DNA from: an uncultured Acidobacteriaceae bacterium | GTDB taxonomy: Bacteria; Acidobacteriota; Terriglobia; Terriglobales; Acidobacteriaceae | Assembly (NCBI GenBank): GCA_963828635.1 | Contig: CAWHFA010000001.1 | Coordinates: forward strand, 75,030-139,029 | Length of the DNA: 64,000 nt | Reading direction: 5' to 3' | In this document: one piece after another, positions 1 to 9,593 of the stretch | Position numbering within the stretch: position 1 is the first letter of the stretch | Layout of the letters: each line of letters opens with the position of its first letter | Position numbers and translations under genes: made by a program | Notes under the pieces: model-generated | What the model was told of the DNA's origin: nothing | The model's database searches: none | Seen by the model: only the letters and a program-made list of their open reading frames with translations

Positions 1-18
1 TTTTTTATTTTCTTGTGG

Positions 19-2148
19 TTATTTGTGCGACAGGTTTGCGCACGCATCGGCAAGCGCCGCTGGATCCGATATTGGAGACTGGCAAGAAAAGTTGGAGCAT
101 ATGATGGCGGCACTCTCGCCGCTTTTTACTTGGGGCAAATTGGGGATTGTCTCCGCTAATGCGGGTGGGAGATTAGCTGCAACCGCTTTGCCGGGATCAA
201 TTCTGATCACTGATTTACCAAAAGCGAAATTTTTGATTGCAACCCGGTAAAGGCTTTCTGCCTTACCATCGTTTCCTACAATTGCTATTTGGATGTGGGG
301 CTGCAAGAATTGAATACCCGCGATGGCATAGGTCGCAGCGAAAATTCCATACTGTGCGGCGATGCCTCCCAGCACTTCCATCGTACGTTGGGCGCACTCG
401 CTGAATCTGTTCTCGGAGGTATATCCATAGAGCCGCGACAGTGCGATAGCGGCCACTGAATTTCCCGCCGGCGTAGGAGAATCTTGAAAGGGTTTTCGCG
501 GAGTGGAAAGTACGCCGAAAGATTTTTCCGACGTAGCGGTCCGGCTGGTGTCGAAGAACCCGCCACCGGCTTCATCGAAAAACTTTTCTATCATCGATTC
601 ACCAATCCGGCGCGCAAAGTTGAAATAGGTAATGTCGGAGGTGGCCTCATAGGCGTCGAGACAGGCCACGGTGGTAAAGGCGTAGTCTTCCAGCAGACCC
701 GGCGCCTCCGTTTGGGTTTGTGACTTCTCTGAATACGCGATGACATGCCGGAGTTCTCCGGCGTTCCATCCTTCTGCCAGGGTTCGATCGAGCGAGCGCA
801 GCGCGAAATGCCGCGCGGAATCCAAAGCCAATGCTTTCGCGGCTTCGAGATAAGCGGAGATGCAAAGCGCGTTCCAGCTTACGTAGACAGTTTTGTCTAT
901 GAATGGGGTGGGGCGCTGTAGCCGGGCAGCGTACATTCTTTGTTTTGCGGACCCTAGTAATTCCTCGACACGATTTAGAGGAAGTTTCAAACGCTGCGAT
1001 ATTTCTTCGAGCGACCCTCGCACGTACAGCACGTTCTTTTCGATGTTGTGGTGCATCTCTCCGACTTCATTGATGTCGTAATGCAACTTGGCAACGCTCG
1101 CCTCGTCGGAAGAAAGAACTTGATCAGTCTCTTGCACGGACCAGGTGAAATAATCGCCGTCGTCGTCCATGGAATAGTCCGCGTCTTGCGAGGCATAGAA
1201 GCCACCGTGATCGCGATCGCTGAGCCATTCGTCTATCCAGCCGATGATGTCGCGGGCGACATCGGCAAAAAATGGAGTGCCCGTGACCTGATAGGCGTGG
1301 ACATAATTTTTCAACAATTCAGAATTGTCGTAGGACATTTTTTCAAAGTGGGGAACGATCCAGCGCTCATCGACGGAGTAGCGGTGAAAGCCTCCGGCGA
1401 GTTGGTCATAGACGCCGCCTCGAGCCATTTTTTCGAGGGTGATCACAAAAGCTTCGCGAAGATTCTCGTCCCCGGACCTAGCGTATTGGTCGATCAGAAG
1501 ATCCAGCACGGCGGGGTGGGGAAATTTGGGAGCGTTGCCAAAGCCGCCGTAGCGGTCGTCAAACATCTTGAGGGCGGATTTAACGATTGAATCGATGATT
1601 GAAGATGAAAACTTTTCGTTTTTGCCATTCAGGGTTTCGGCTTGTGCAATTGCATTTTTGACCATCTGAGCCTGCTCGGTCACATCCGCATGTTTTTCAC
1701 GATAAGCATCTGAAATGGAGGTGAGCACGCGCTTGAAACTGGGGCGGCCATATTGATCATCGGGAGGAAAGTAGGTGCCGCCATAGAATGGCACGCCATC
1801 GGGAAGCAGAAAAGCGGTGAGTGGCCAACCACCCTGGCCGGAGACGGCGCTCACTGCCGCCTGATAACGAACATCGATGTCGGGGCGCTCATCGCGATCC
1901 ACTTTGATAGCAATGAAACGGTCATTCACGAGTTGAGCAATATCGGGATTGTCATAGGACTCCCGGTCCATGACGTGGCACCAATGGCACCAGACAGCGC
2001 CGATGTCGAGCAGGATGGGCTTATTTTCAGCTTCCGCCTTTTCAAAAGCTTCTGGGCCCCATTCATGCCACTGTATGGGCTGGTGCATGGCGGAGCGCAG
2101 ATAGGCGGAGGAAGCGCGAGAAAGGGAGTTAGCAGTTGCGGTGGTCAT
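19..2148 (-). CDS. Thioredoxin-domain protein of the YyaL/SSP411 (DUF255) type, fused to an alpha/alpha-toroid (N-acylglucosamine 2-epimerase-like) region
   Basis: 709-aa ORF. The N-terminal 'LLDIGAVWCHWCHVMDRESY' carries a CxxC thioredoxin-fold motif. A long helical region typical of this family follows. Confidence 0.8.
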   Translation of the reverse strand: MTTATANSLSRASSAYLRSAMHQPIQWHEWGPEAFEKAEAENKPILLDIGAVWCHWCHVMDRESYDNPDIAQLVNDRFIAIKVDRDERPDIDVRYQAAVSAVSGQGGWPLTAFLLPDGVPFYGGTYFPPDDQYGRPSFKRVLTSISDAYREKHADVTEQAQMVKNAIAQAETLNGKNEKFSSSIIDSIVKSALKMFDDRYGGFGNAPKFPHPAVLDLLIDQYARSGDENLREAFVITLEKMARGGVYDQLAGGFHRYSVDERWIVPHFEKMSYDNSELLKNYVHAYQVTGTPFFADVARDIIGWIDEWLSDRDHGGFYASQDADYSMDDDGDYFTWSVQETDQVLSSDEASVAKLHYDINEVGEMHHNIEKNVLYVRGSLEEISQRLKLPLNRVEELLGSAKQRMYAARLQRPTPFIDKTVYVSWNALCISAYLEAAKALALDSARHFALRSLDRTLAEGWNAGELRHVIAYSEKSQTQTEAPGLLEDYAFTTVACLDAYEATSDITYFNFARRIGESMIEKFFDEAGGGFFDTSRTATSEKSFGVLSTPRKPFQDSPTPAGNSVAAIALSRLYGYTSENRFSECAQRTMEVLGGIAAQYGIFAATYAIAGIQFLQPHIQIAIVGNDGKAESLYRVAIKNFAFGKSVIRIDPGKAVAANLPPALAETIPNLPQVKSGESAAIICSNFSCQSPISDPAALADACANLSHK

Positions 2149-2157
2149 AGTTAAAGT

Positions 2158-3861
2158 CTATCGCGGCGTTGCGATTGCCGAGCCTAGATTCGTTATTGGA
2201 TGCAGTTGCACGGGAACGGCTTCCTTTAGCTGTATGGATTTTTCGGAATCGGTCCCGATGGTGATGGTTTGAGCTTTTGTTAGGTAAGGGGCGATCACTT
2301 CGGGCAAGGCCCAATCCATGTCCCATCCATCCTGGATGGCGATGATGTTGTAGGTTCCGGGGGCCACGCCCTGGAGATTGAAGCTGCCGTCGAGGTCGCT
2401 TTGGTCACGGCGGAAAAGCTCGCGATTGGATTGCGGATCTTTTGGGACCAACACCACCATGACCCCGGATGCGCCTTTGCCGGCACGTTTCGCGAAACCT
2501 TGCACGTTTACTACGCCTGAGGTCAACAGCAGCGAGGCGGAGATGGTTACGCCGGAGCCTATGGCGATCTGGTGACCTGGCGTGGCGACTCCATCGGCTG
2601 AGACTCTAATGACGGGATAGGCCTTGGTAAAAGTTCCGGCGAAGATGTTGTATTTGCCGGGAACGATGTCAGTGAAATTGGCTTCTCCCTTTACTACTTG
2701 TTGTTGGAGATGGGTGGTCTTCCCAGCTGCGTCGCGTAAGACCACGAAGAATTGGTCGGGCAACTTCCGCTCCCCGAACAGGCGTACAGAAACTTTTAAT
2801 GTGCTTAGAGGCTCGCCTTTTCGATCGCTCAAATCTTGGCCGTTATTGATGACTTCGACTTCGGTGGGAGATGAACCTGGCGAGGTGACTTTGTAGTTGC
2901 CGGGTGCTATTCCAGTGAGCTCAATCAATTCCGAGGAGACTCTGTGGATTCCCGTACCTGGTTGAATTAAGGATGATCCGTCAGGGCCTGCTCTTTCTAA
3001 AGTGGGGAATCCGCCGGTGGACTCGTCTTTTTCTGATGAATGAAAAATTAGGTGGAGCGCAGTCACAGGGGCAAGATGGATTTCGGCCTGAATATGCTCT
3101 CCACCTTTGAGCGCGATAGGAGTAGAGGCGTTGGCATCGGTGGTGTCTCCGTAGTAAGTGGGAGCGTAGGTGACATCGAAAGGGCGCATGTCGTTCAACG
3201 GCGCAGATTGCGGGTCATGGGTCAAGGATGAGGGATGGATGGCATACCAGGGCGTGGCAATGGCAGAAACAAAATATATTGCGGGAGTCAGGGGGTTGAA
3301 TTCGCAAGCTCCCAGATCGTTGGTCTGAGCGCTGTTGTGGGCCACAAGGCGGCGTACGCCGGAGCTGCGATCCTCGATGTAGATCATGATGGTTGCGTTG
3401 CGAACCGGTTCAGAGGATTCGTCGAAGATCTTGACCGACAACCGTGCGGATGGAGGGAGACGCAGAAGCAAATTGTCAGTGGGAAGATCGGCGGCGGTGA
3501 CGACCGCGGTGGAGAATTGCTCGTGCTGATTGAGAGATTGCGAAATGAATCCGCGCTTGGCGGCTTCGAGGGAATATTTTCCGGGCGGCACTTTGGTGAA
3601 TTCAAAATGTCCATCGTCGGAGGTGATCGAGGTATCTTTCAGCGCGGGATTTTTGGTGCTGGTGAGGAGCACACGAGCGTGGGCGAGCACGTGTCCGTCG
3701 GCGGCACTGACTACGGTGCCAGCGACGCGATAGACAGCTGCGGACGGCGATGTTGCCTGCCTTGTTTGGGCGTGCAGCGTGAAGGACCCACCTATGCAGG
3801 CCGCAAGCAGGCCGTGAATTCTTAAAGCCAATTGCAGCTTATTCCATCGCAGCTCGTTCAT
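2158..3861 (-). CDS. Secreted carboxypeptidase-regulatory-like (CarboxypepD_reg, Ig-like fold) repeat protein
   Basis: 567-aa ORF with signal peptide 'LLAACIGGSFTLHAQT'. It has repeated 'G.V....G..L..A.V' beta-sandwich segments such as 'YRVAGTVVSAADGHVLAHARVLL' and 'PPGKYSLEAAKRGF'. Confidence 0.65.
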   Translation of the reverse strand: MNELRWNKLQLALRIHGLLAACIGGSFTLHAQTRQATSPSAAVYRVAGTVVSAADGHVLAHARVLLTSTKNPALKDTSITSDDGHFEFTKVPPGKYSLEAAKRGFISQSLNQHEQFSTAVVTAADLPTDNLLLRLPPSARLSVKIFDESSEPVRNATIMIYIEDRSSGVRRLVAHNSAQTNDLGACEFNPLTPAIYFVSAIATPWYAIHPSSLTHDPQSAPLNDMRPFDVTYAPTYYGDTTDANASTPIALKGGEHIQAEIHLAPVTALHLIFHSSEKDESTGGFPTLERAGPDGSSLIQPGTGIHRVSSELIELTGIAPGNYKVTSPGSSPTEVEVINNGQDLSDRKGEPLSTLKVSVRLFGERKLPDQFFVVLRDAAGKTTHLQQQVVKGEANFTDIVPGKYNIFAGTFTKAYPVIRVSADGVATPGHQIAIGSGVTISASLLLTSGVVNVQGFAKRAGKGASGVMVVLVPKDPQSNRELFRRDQSDLDGSFNLQGVAPGTYNIIAIQDGWDMDWALPEVIAPYLTKAQTITIGTDSEKSIQLKEAVPVQLHPITNLGSAIATPR

Positions 3862-3876
3862 GGCAGATCATTAACT

Positions 3877-5562
3877 TTAATTCGCATCTTCATTTGCGGC
3901 CGAGATGATTTGAAGTTGCAAATGCTCTGTCTGGCCGGCGACGAACTGGACGATTTGTCCTTTTGATTCGTAGACACGCATGGCATCGGGGTTGCGATAT
4001 TCGAGATCGTTTTTGGGGTGATCGAAGGCAAGGACCCGGTAGGTGCCGGGAACAATCTGAGAATTGAGCTTTTCTTCAACACCCGCCCACACTTGCGCGA
4101 ACTGTCCTTCGCTGTCGGGGAGAGGTATCCAATAAACGTAAGCAGTAGTTCCGCTGGCCGATGGATTGGGGCTAATCCCTTCAACGGATGCATCGAACGA
4201 GGCCATGTTGTCACGCATGGTGATGTCGATGGGAGAAGTCGATCCACCGCGCCCGACGACTAGCGGAGAACGCAGGAGGTCGATGTTTCCCGACGTTACG
4301 GATGCGGCATAACCTCGAGCGGAGCTCACGCGCACCCAGTAGCGGCCGGGCGGGACGTCATCGATGGCTAGCGACTCGTCGTTCGCGGTACGCGGAGGAC
4401 GCAGCGACCGTGCGGCGCGTTGAGTGAAATCGGATAATGGCTCCAAAGTGACTTGGAGGTATTGGTGGCTGTGACGTGAGGGCATCCCATGAATGTGCGT
4501 AACGGTCACCTCGCCCTGCTCTTGCGTCGAGGTAAATTCTTCTCTGACGCGAACTTCAATACTGGGAGGAGTGAGCATGGTTATCTGGCCAGTCTCTGCG
4601 GGGCCATTCGCGACCCGTAGAGTCATGGTTCCGCCGCTGGGGGTCGGGGAAAATGTCGAGGCTTCGACGACGTAGGTGCCATTGGGAAGAGATCCGCGGA
4701 TGGTTTGATCGGCGGGGTTATAGGCAAGGGAATATCCGGGGGCTTCGTCTCCTTGTAACGAAACATTCACGTTGACTTGCGCCACATTGGCGGGAGCAGA
4801 TAGCGAGATCTTTACCGGGAAGTATGGCTGCTTTGATAATGAAATCGGCGCTTCGAAAACTTTTCCGGGAGTTAGATGAATGGTCGCAGCGCTGGAAAAG
4901 TCAGAGGCTTCGGGGAAGTATACCGGTGGATAGGAAAACATCTTTCCGCCGGGGGCAACGTCTTGGGGATCGCGGTCGCCAGCTTCGCGGGTTCCGAGGC
5001 GATAATCGCCCGCACTTAGATCAGCAAAACGAAAGTCGCCCTGAGAATCGGTGACATTCACGTTTTGCGCCACCCAGCGCGCAGTACCCTCGGACACCTG
5101 GCGGTGGAACAGTTGAACGGGGACTCCATCGGCGGATTCGGAGGGGGAAAGATTAACATGTCCCATCAGAATGGCTTCGGGAGTTAGGAGGATGGTGAGC
5201 TCGGGAGCATCGGGTTGAAATTGGGCAAGGACTGCCGAGGCAGATGGGTCGCTCTGATATCCGGGCTTGCGAGCCATGAGTGAGATGGACGGGGCGGCTT
5301 TTGCACCACCATCAGGACTGGTCGGGGGCAAGGGGACTTCGAATCGACCTTGATCGTCGCTCATGGCCGCAAAACGATTGTCGGGCGAGTACACCTGAGC
5401 GCTGGCGATGGGTTGGCGGGTTGAGCTGTTGAGGACTCTTCCGGTAATGGTGGCTGAATGGGGCTGGGCGGTGGCAGCACTTATCAGAGTTACAAAAAAT
5501 AACGCGGCGAAGCTGGAAGCTGGAAGTGGAGATCGTGACACGGTACTGCGACTTCTCAACAA
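3877..5562 (-). CDS. Secreted carboxypeptidase-regulatory-like repeat protein, similar in architecture to the neighbouring gene
   Basis: 561-aa ORF with signal peptide 'FAALFFVTLISAATAQP'. 'ATITGRVLNSSTRQPIASAQVY' and later 'AGDYRLGTREAG' and 'PGTYRVLAF' fit CarboxypepD_reg-type repeats. Confidence 0.65.
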   Translation of the reverse strand: MLRSRSTVSRSPLPASSFAALFFVTLISAATAQPHSATITGRVLNSSTRQPIASAQVYSPDNRFAAMSDDQGRFEVPLPPTSPDGGAKAAPSISLMARKPGYQSDPSASAVLAQFQPDAPELTILLTPEAILMGHVNLSPSESADGVPVQLFHRQVSEGTARWVAQNVNVTDSQGDFRFADLSAGDYRLGTREAGDRDPQDVAPGGKMFSYPPVYFPEASDFSSAATIHLTPGKVFEAPISLSKQPYFPVKISLSAPANVAQVNVNVSLQGDEAPGYSLAYNPADQTIRGSLPNGTYVVEASTFSPTPSGGTMTLRVANGPAETGQITMLTPPSIEVRVREEFTSTQEQGEVTVTHIHGMPSRHSHQYLQVTLEPLSDFTQRAARSLRPPRTANDESLAIDDVPPGRYWVRVSSARGYAASVTSGNIDLLRSPLVVGRGGSTSPIDITMRDNMASFDASVEGISPNPSASGTTAYVYWIPLPDSEGQFAQVWAGVEEKLNSQIVPGTYRVLAFDHPKNDLEYRNPDAMRVYESKGQIVQFVAGQTEHLQLQIISAANEDAN

Positions 5563-5631
5563 AAGTGACTCCGGTACTTATTGTGAAGTAAAACGGCGAA
5601 AAATCAAATGCGGTTAGTGGTGTGAAGTTGC

Positions 5632-6075
5632 TTACTTCTTTTTGGCTGAGCGCTTCGAGGAAGGGGTGGGCGCGGTAACGGCTAGGTTGGCGGCGGCTGC
5701 GGCGCGGATGAGCTGCTTAAAGGCGTCTTCATTAACGGCCTCACCTTGGCGGATGTCGATGGCGCGCCGCACCTTGCCTTCCAGGCTGGAATTGAAGAGC
5801 TTCTTGGGATCTTTGAGCGAGGCTCCGCGAGCAAAAGTGAGCTTAATCACCTGCTTATAGGACTCTCCGGTGCAAATGATTCCGGCGTGAGACCAGACGG
5901 GAACTCCTGGTGACGAGGCTTTCGCCCACTTCCACTCTTCAATAATGTCAGGGTCGGCATCGTGAATGAGCTGGCGGATCTTGGAGAGGGTTTCGCCTCT
6001 CCAATCCCCCAGGTCTGCAATGCGGTTCGTGATTTTCGCCGAAGCGGACCCAGGTTCAGGATTCTCGGGCTTCAT
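5632..6075 (-). CDS. DUF1801 (YdhG-like) domain protein
   Basis: 147-aa ORF. 'WRGETLSKIRQLIHDADPDIIEEWKW...PVWSH.GIICTGESYKQVIKLTFARGASL' matches the YdhG/DUF1801 pattern as I remember it. Confidence 0.6.
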   Translation of the reverse strand: MKPENPEPGSASAKITNRIADLGDWRGETLSKIRQLIHDADPDIIEEWKWAKASSPGVPVWSHAGIICTGESYKQVIKLTFARGASLKDPKKLFNSSLEGKVRRAIDIRQGEAVNEDAFKQLIRAAAAANLAVTAPTPSSKRSAKKK

Positions 6076-6343
6076 GCTGATTGCGGATTTCCATGGCGCG
6101 AATGGTGGTTTTACTACTGGACAGGCAGTTTACTAGTGTTTTCTCCGCAATCAAAATCCACTCTGTGCATGACCTCAGGGGAATTGCCAGCGAGACCTTT
6201 ACTATAAAGGCCACCCGTGGGAGGTTTATTGGTCGAACTCCCAGGTTTCGCAACTGCGGCGAACCCTGGGGCACCCGTAAGGAACTTTGATGTAGTGACG
6301 GCGTTTTCGCAGGGTCCGTCATTCAAAACTACGGTCAAAGGCC

Positions 6344-6361
6344 GCGGACAGAAGTGTCCGC
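6344..6361 (-). terminator. GC-rich stem-loop (7-bp stem, 4-nt loop) 13 nt downstream of the ComEA-like gene stop, with no clear U-tract
   Basis: 'gcggaca gaag tgtccgc' is a perfect inverted repeat. Its position relative to the minus-strand stop at 6374 fits a terminator or REP-like hairpin. Confidence 0.3.
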
Positions 6362-6373
6362 GCCACACTATTT

Positions 6374-6793
6374 CTATTTGGTGATGATGCGGTCTTTGAT
6401 GCGCTTGTATTCCTGCTCGGATAAGACGTGCTTGGTGACGACGTCATGGGGGTCATCGTAGGGTCGGTTCGCGACGACCCGTCCGGCGCGGATTCTGGTG
6501 ACTCCGGGAAGAGTGGTGAGTTGATCGATGGTCGCGGTATTCAAATCTACGGCCTTGTCGCGGGTCAGTCCTTCGCGAACACCTTGAACGATGGCTTTGG
6601 TGTTGGTCTTTAATTGAGCGGTGGCGTCGGCAGTTTTTTCGCGAAGCTCGTCGGCATTTTGAGGGCGTTGCACGCAGGCGCTGAGAATCAAAGACACAGA
6701 AAGGGTAACGATAAGTAAGAAGGAGGATATTTTCACGCTTTTAAGATGTTCGCGAAAACAACTGAGTTGCGTTAAATCGGTGGTGCAGCTCAT
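6374..6793 (-). CDS. ComEA-like helix-hairpin-helix DNA-binding (lipo)protein
   Basis: 139-aa ORF with lipoprotein-type signal 'LLIVTLSVSLILSAC'. The C-terminal 'VDLNTATIDQLTTLPGVTRIRAGRVVANRPY' is the ComEA HhH signature. Confidence 0.65.
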   Translation of the reverse strand: MSCTTDLTQLSCFREHLKSVKISSFLLIVTLSVSLILSACVQRPQNADELREKTADATAQLKTNTKAIVQGVREGLTRDKAVDLNTATIDQLTTLPGVTRIRAGRVVANRPYDDPHDVVTKHVLSEQEYKRIKDRIITK

Positions 6794-6891
6794 TGACGAA
6801 GCCTTCCTTCCAGCGAAGCGAGACTAGCTGAAGGGCAAGTTCCGGTCAAGGAAAGTCCACTGACGGTGGATTGCAGTTATAATTCGCAGCG

Positions 6892-9486
6892 ATGGCATTG
6901 ACCTCCGGCACCAAGCTTGGGCCTTACGATATTCAGTCCGCGATTGGCGCGGGTGGGATGGGCGAAGTGTATCGAGCGCGTGACACTCGTCTTGGGCGCG
7001 ACGTAGCTGTTAAAGTTTTGCCGGCTTCGTTCTCGGCTGATCATGACCGCCTGCAACGGTTCTCGCAGGAGGCTCGCGCCGCAGCCGCGCTTAATCATCC
7101 CAACATACTATCCATCTTCGATATCGGTGAGGAGCGTGGCGCGCCTTATGTCGTCTCTGAACTGCTGGAGGGGGAGACGCTGCGCGAGCGGTTGCGCAAC
7201 GGTCCGGTTTCGATTCGCAAGGCGATCGAGTACGCTTTGCAAGTGGCTCGAGGTTTGGCGGCAGCACACGAGAAGGGAATCGTCCATCGCGACTTGAAGC
7301 CGGAGAATCTGTTTATAACCAATGATAACCGGGTAAAGATTTTAGATTTTGGGTTGGCCAAGCTCACCCGACCTGACACCAGTGAAGACAGCGCGGATGC
7401 TCCGACGATGCACGCTGCGACGCAAGCGGGCATGGTCATGGGGACCGTGGGATACATGTCGCCGGAGCAGGTGCGGGGGAAGTCTGCGGACCAGCGTTCT
7501 GACATTTTTTCTTTCGGCGCGATTTTGTACGAAATGATTTCTGGAAAGCGGGCTTTCCACGGCGAGAGCGCGGCCGACACCATGAGCGCGATTTTGAAGG
7601 AAGAGACGCCGGAACTTTCAGAGACGGCACGAAATGTTCCTCCGGGACTGGAAAGAATTGTGCGGCATTGCCTGGAGAAGAATCCCTCGCAACGTTTCCA
7701 TTCGGCGGGTGATTTGGCATTCGATCTGGAAGCGCTGACTGAAATTTCGGCCACCGGCGCCAAGTCGGGTGCTCAAGCCGCAGTGCAACGGACGGACGCC
7801 GAAGGTTCGCGCCGTAGATACCTGACGACTGGCGTTGCCACATTACTGGGCGTTGCGCTCGTCGGCCTTGGCTGGTGGCTTGGCCGAGGAACGGGCGCGG
7901 TACCCCCAGCGGAATACCAGCAAATAACGTTTCGCACCGGATCGATTGGCAACGCGCGATTTACGCCCGACGGCGGCATCGTTTACTCGGCATCGTGGGA
8001 AAGTAGCGATCCCCAGTTATACCTGGCTCGTACCGACGACAGCGGTTCCCGCGAGTTGGGGCTAAAGAATGCTGAACTGCTTTCCATTTCAAAGAACGGA
8101 GAGCTTGCGGTCCGTCTCAACACTTTGTTTCTTGGCGGATATGCGCGGTCGGGCACCTTGGCTCGCCTTCCGCTGAGTGGAGGGGCTCCACGAGAAGTGC
8201 TGACGAATGTGCAGGACGCTGACTGGGCCCAGGACGGCGAGAACATGGCGGTGGTTCGCTACGTTCCGGAGAACAGCCACTGGCGGTTGGAGTATCCGGT
8301 TGGAAAGGTGTTGTTCGACAGCATCAACTGGATCAGCCATCCCAAGATTGCGCCGGATGGCAAGCGGGTAGCGTTCTCCGATCATGAGAATCCCGGTGGC
8401 GATGATGAGGGGTCGGTGGCATTCATCGATACCGATGGCCGGGAGAAGAAGCTTTCCTCGGGCTGGTCTTCAGTCGAGGGAATTATTTGGTCGCCCGCAG
8501 GAAATGAGATTTGGTTTACCGCTTCGAACAGCGGCAGCGCAGAGAATCTTCGCGGAGTGAGTCTTTCGGGCAAATTGAGGACGATTGCGAATGTCCCGGG
8601 GGGAATTTGGCTGCAGGACATGCGTAACGGGGTTGCGCTTATGGCGACACACCAGCAGCGCATCGGAATCCGTGGAACGCCGGGTGCGGGGAAAGAAGAG
8701 CGGGAACTAGGATGGCTGGGGTGGTCGTTGTTGAGAGATATCAGTCGCGACGGCTCGAAAATCCTTTTCGAGGAAGAGGCAGACGGAGGCGGACCCAACT
8801 ACACGGTGTTTCTTCGTGACACCGATGGCTCGCCGCCTATACGCATTGGCACTGGCGTCGGCGCGGCGATATCCTCGGACAACAAGTGGGTGATTACCAA
8901 ACCTTTGAAAGAGGGCGCACTTAGCCTGGTACCGACGGGAGCCGGCGAGGCCCGGCAACTGACGCACGATAACATCAGCTATGGGCGCGTCCGCTATTTG
9001 CCGGATGGGAAACAATTGATCGCCACCGGGATTGAGCCTGGGCATGGAGCACGGGACTATCTGATCGATTTGAGCAATGGCAACTCGAAGCCGATTACGC
9101 CCGAGGGCGTGTACGGAGTTCAGCTATCGCCGGACGGCCGCAGTGTCGCCGTGATCGACCCGGACGGAACATTCGGAATCTGGCCTCTGGATGGCAGCGG
9201 GCTCAGAAGGGTCCCCGGGCTCGATTCGAAATACGACTTGTCGGGGTGGTCGCCGGATGGAACATCGCTTTATGTGTTGTCGAGCCAAGGGCGTCTTGGC
9301 CCTGCCAAAATTTACCGGGTAAACATCGCAACGGGAAAAATGGATTTTTGGAAAACGTTTGGTGGCGAGCTCGCTTCAAGAAGCGCTGGCGTCAGCGGCC
9401 CTGAATTTTCGCAAGACGGCAACGCTTATGCGTATGTGTACGACCAGACTTTATCTGAGGCTTATGTGGTGAAGGGATTGAAGTAA
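6892..9486 (+). CDS. Ser/Thr protein kinase with one TM helix and a C-terminal TolB/WD40-like beta-propeller
   Basis: 864 aa. Kinase motifs are 'GAGGMGEVYRA', 'VAVKVL', 'HRDLKPENLF', 'DFGLAK' and 'GTVGYMSPEQ'. The TM helix is 'LTTGVATLLGVALVGLGWWL'. The C-terminus has repeated 'PDGK.VAF', 'SPDGRSVAV' and 'WSPDGTSLY' propeller blades. Confidence 0.9.
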   Translation: MALTSGTKLGPYDIQSAIGAGGMGEVYRARDTRLGRDVAVKVLPASFSADHDRLQRFSQEARAAAALNHPNILSIFDIGEERGAPYVVSELLEGETLRERLRNGPVSIRKAIEYALQVARGLAAAHEKGIVHRDLKPENLFITNDNRVKILDFGLAKLTRPDTSEDSADAPTMHAATQAGMVMGTVGYMSPEQVRGKSADQRSDIFSFGAILYEMISGKRAFHGESAADTMSAILKEETPELSETARNVPPGLERIVRHCLEKNPSQRFHSAGDLAFDLEALTEISATGAKSGAQAAVQRTDAEGSRRRYLTTGVATLLGVALVGLGWWLGRGTGAVPPAEYQQITFRTGSIGNARFTPDGGIVYSASWESSDPQLYLARTDDSGSRELGLKNAELLSISKNGELAVRLNTLFLGGYARSGTLARLPLSGGAPREVLTNVQDADWAQDGENMAVVRYVPENSHWRLEYPVGKVLFDSINWISHPKIAPDGKRVAFSDHENPGGDDEGSVAFIDTDGREKKLSSGWSSVEGIIWSPAGNEIWFTASNSGSAENLRGVSLSGKLRTIANVPGGIWLQDMRNGVALMATHQQRIGIRGTPGAGKEERELGWLGWSLLRDISRDGSKILFEEEADGGGPNYTVFLRDTDGSPPIRIGTGVGAAISSDNKWVITKPLKEGALSLVPTGAGEARQLTHDNISYGRVRYLPDGKQLIATGIEPGHGARDYLIDLSNGNSKPITPEGVYGVQLSPDGRSVAVIDPDGTFGIWPLDGSGLRRVPGLDSKYDLSGWSPDGTSLYVLSSQGRLGPAKIYRVNIATGKMDFWKTFGGELASRSAGVSGPEFSQDGNAYAYVYDQTLSEAYVVKGLK

Positions 9487-9560
9487 ACGGTGGCAAACTG
9501 AGTTTCAGGAAGACGCCCCTCTTTGGGTGCCTTTCGCCTTGAGCGTTTTTTGGGAAGCGA

Positions 9561-9587
9561 TCCTTCGCTACGCTCGGGAAGACAAAA
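9561..9587. repeat. Short dispersed intergenic repeat, copy 1 ('ccttcgctacgctcgggaagacaaaa')
   Basis: 23 of 26 positions match the copy at 17577-17605. A more diverged copy lies at 27586-27609. All three are intergenic and sit next to gene ends. Confidence 0.6.
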
Positions 9588-9593
9588 TGACTA

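Noticed and set aside
1048-1590. Many ORFs of 60-200 aa on the opposite strand or in alternative frames inside long genes, for example 1048..1590, 7146..7763, 17817..18311, 21957..22499, 35295..35816, 42346..42933 and 45356..45808
   Set aside because: Each lies wholly within a gene that has clear family motifs. Their translations have skewed composition and no recognisable motifs. I treated them as non-coding shadows.
6212-6278. Two 'ACGGGTG' motifs on the minus strand that looked like the ACGR loops of a guanidine-II (mini-ykkC) riboswitch
   Set aside because: The flanking bases do not pair to close either ACGG as a tetraloop. The downstream gene (DUF1801) is also not a known guanidine-responsive gene.
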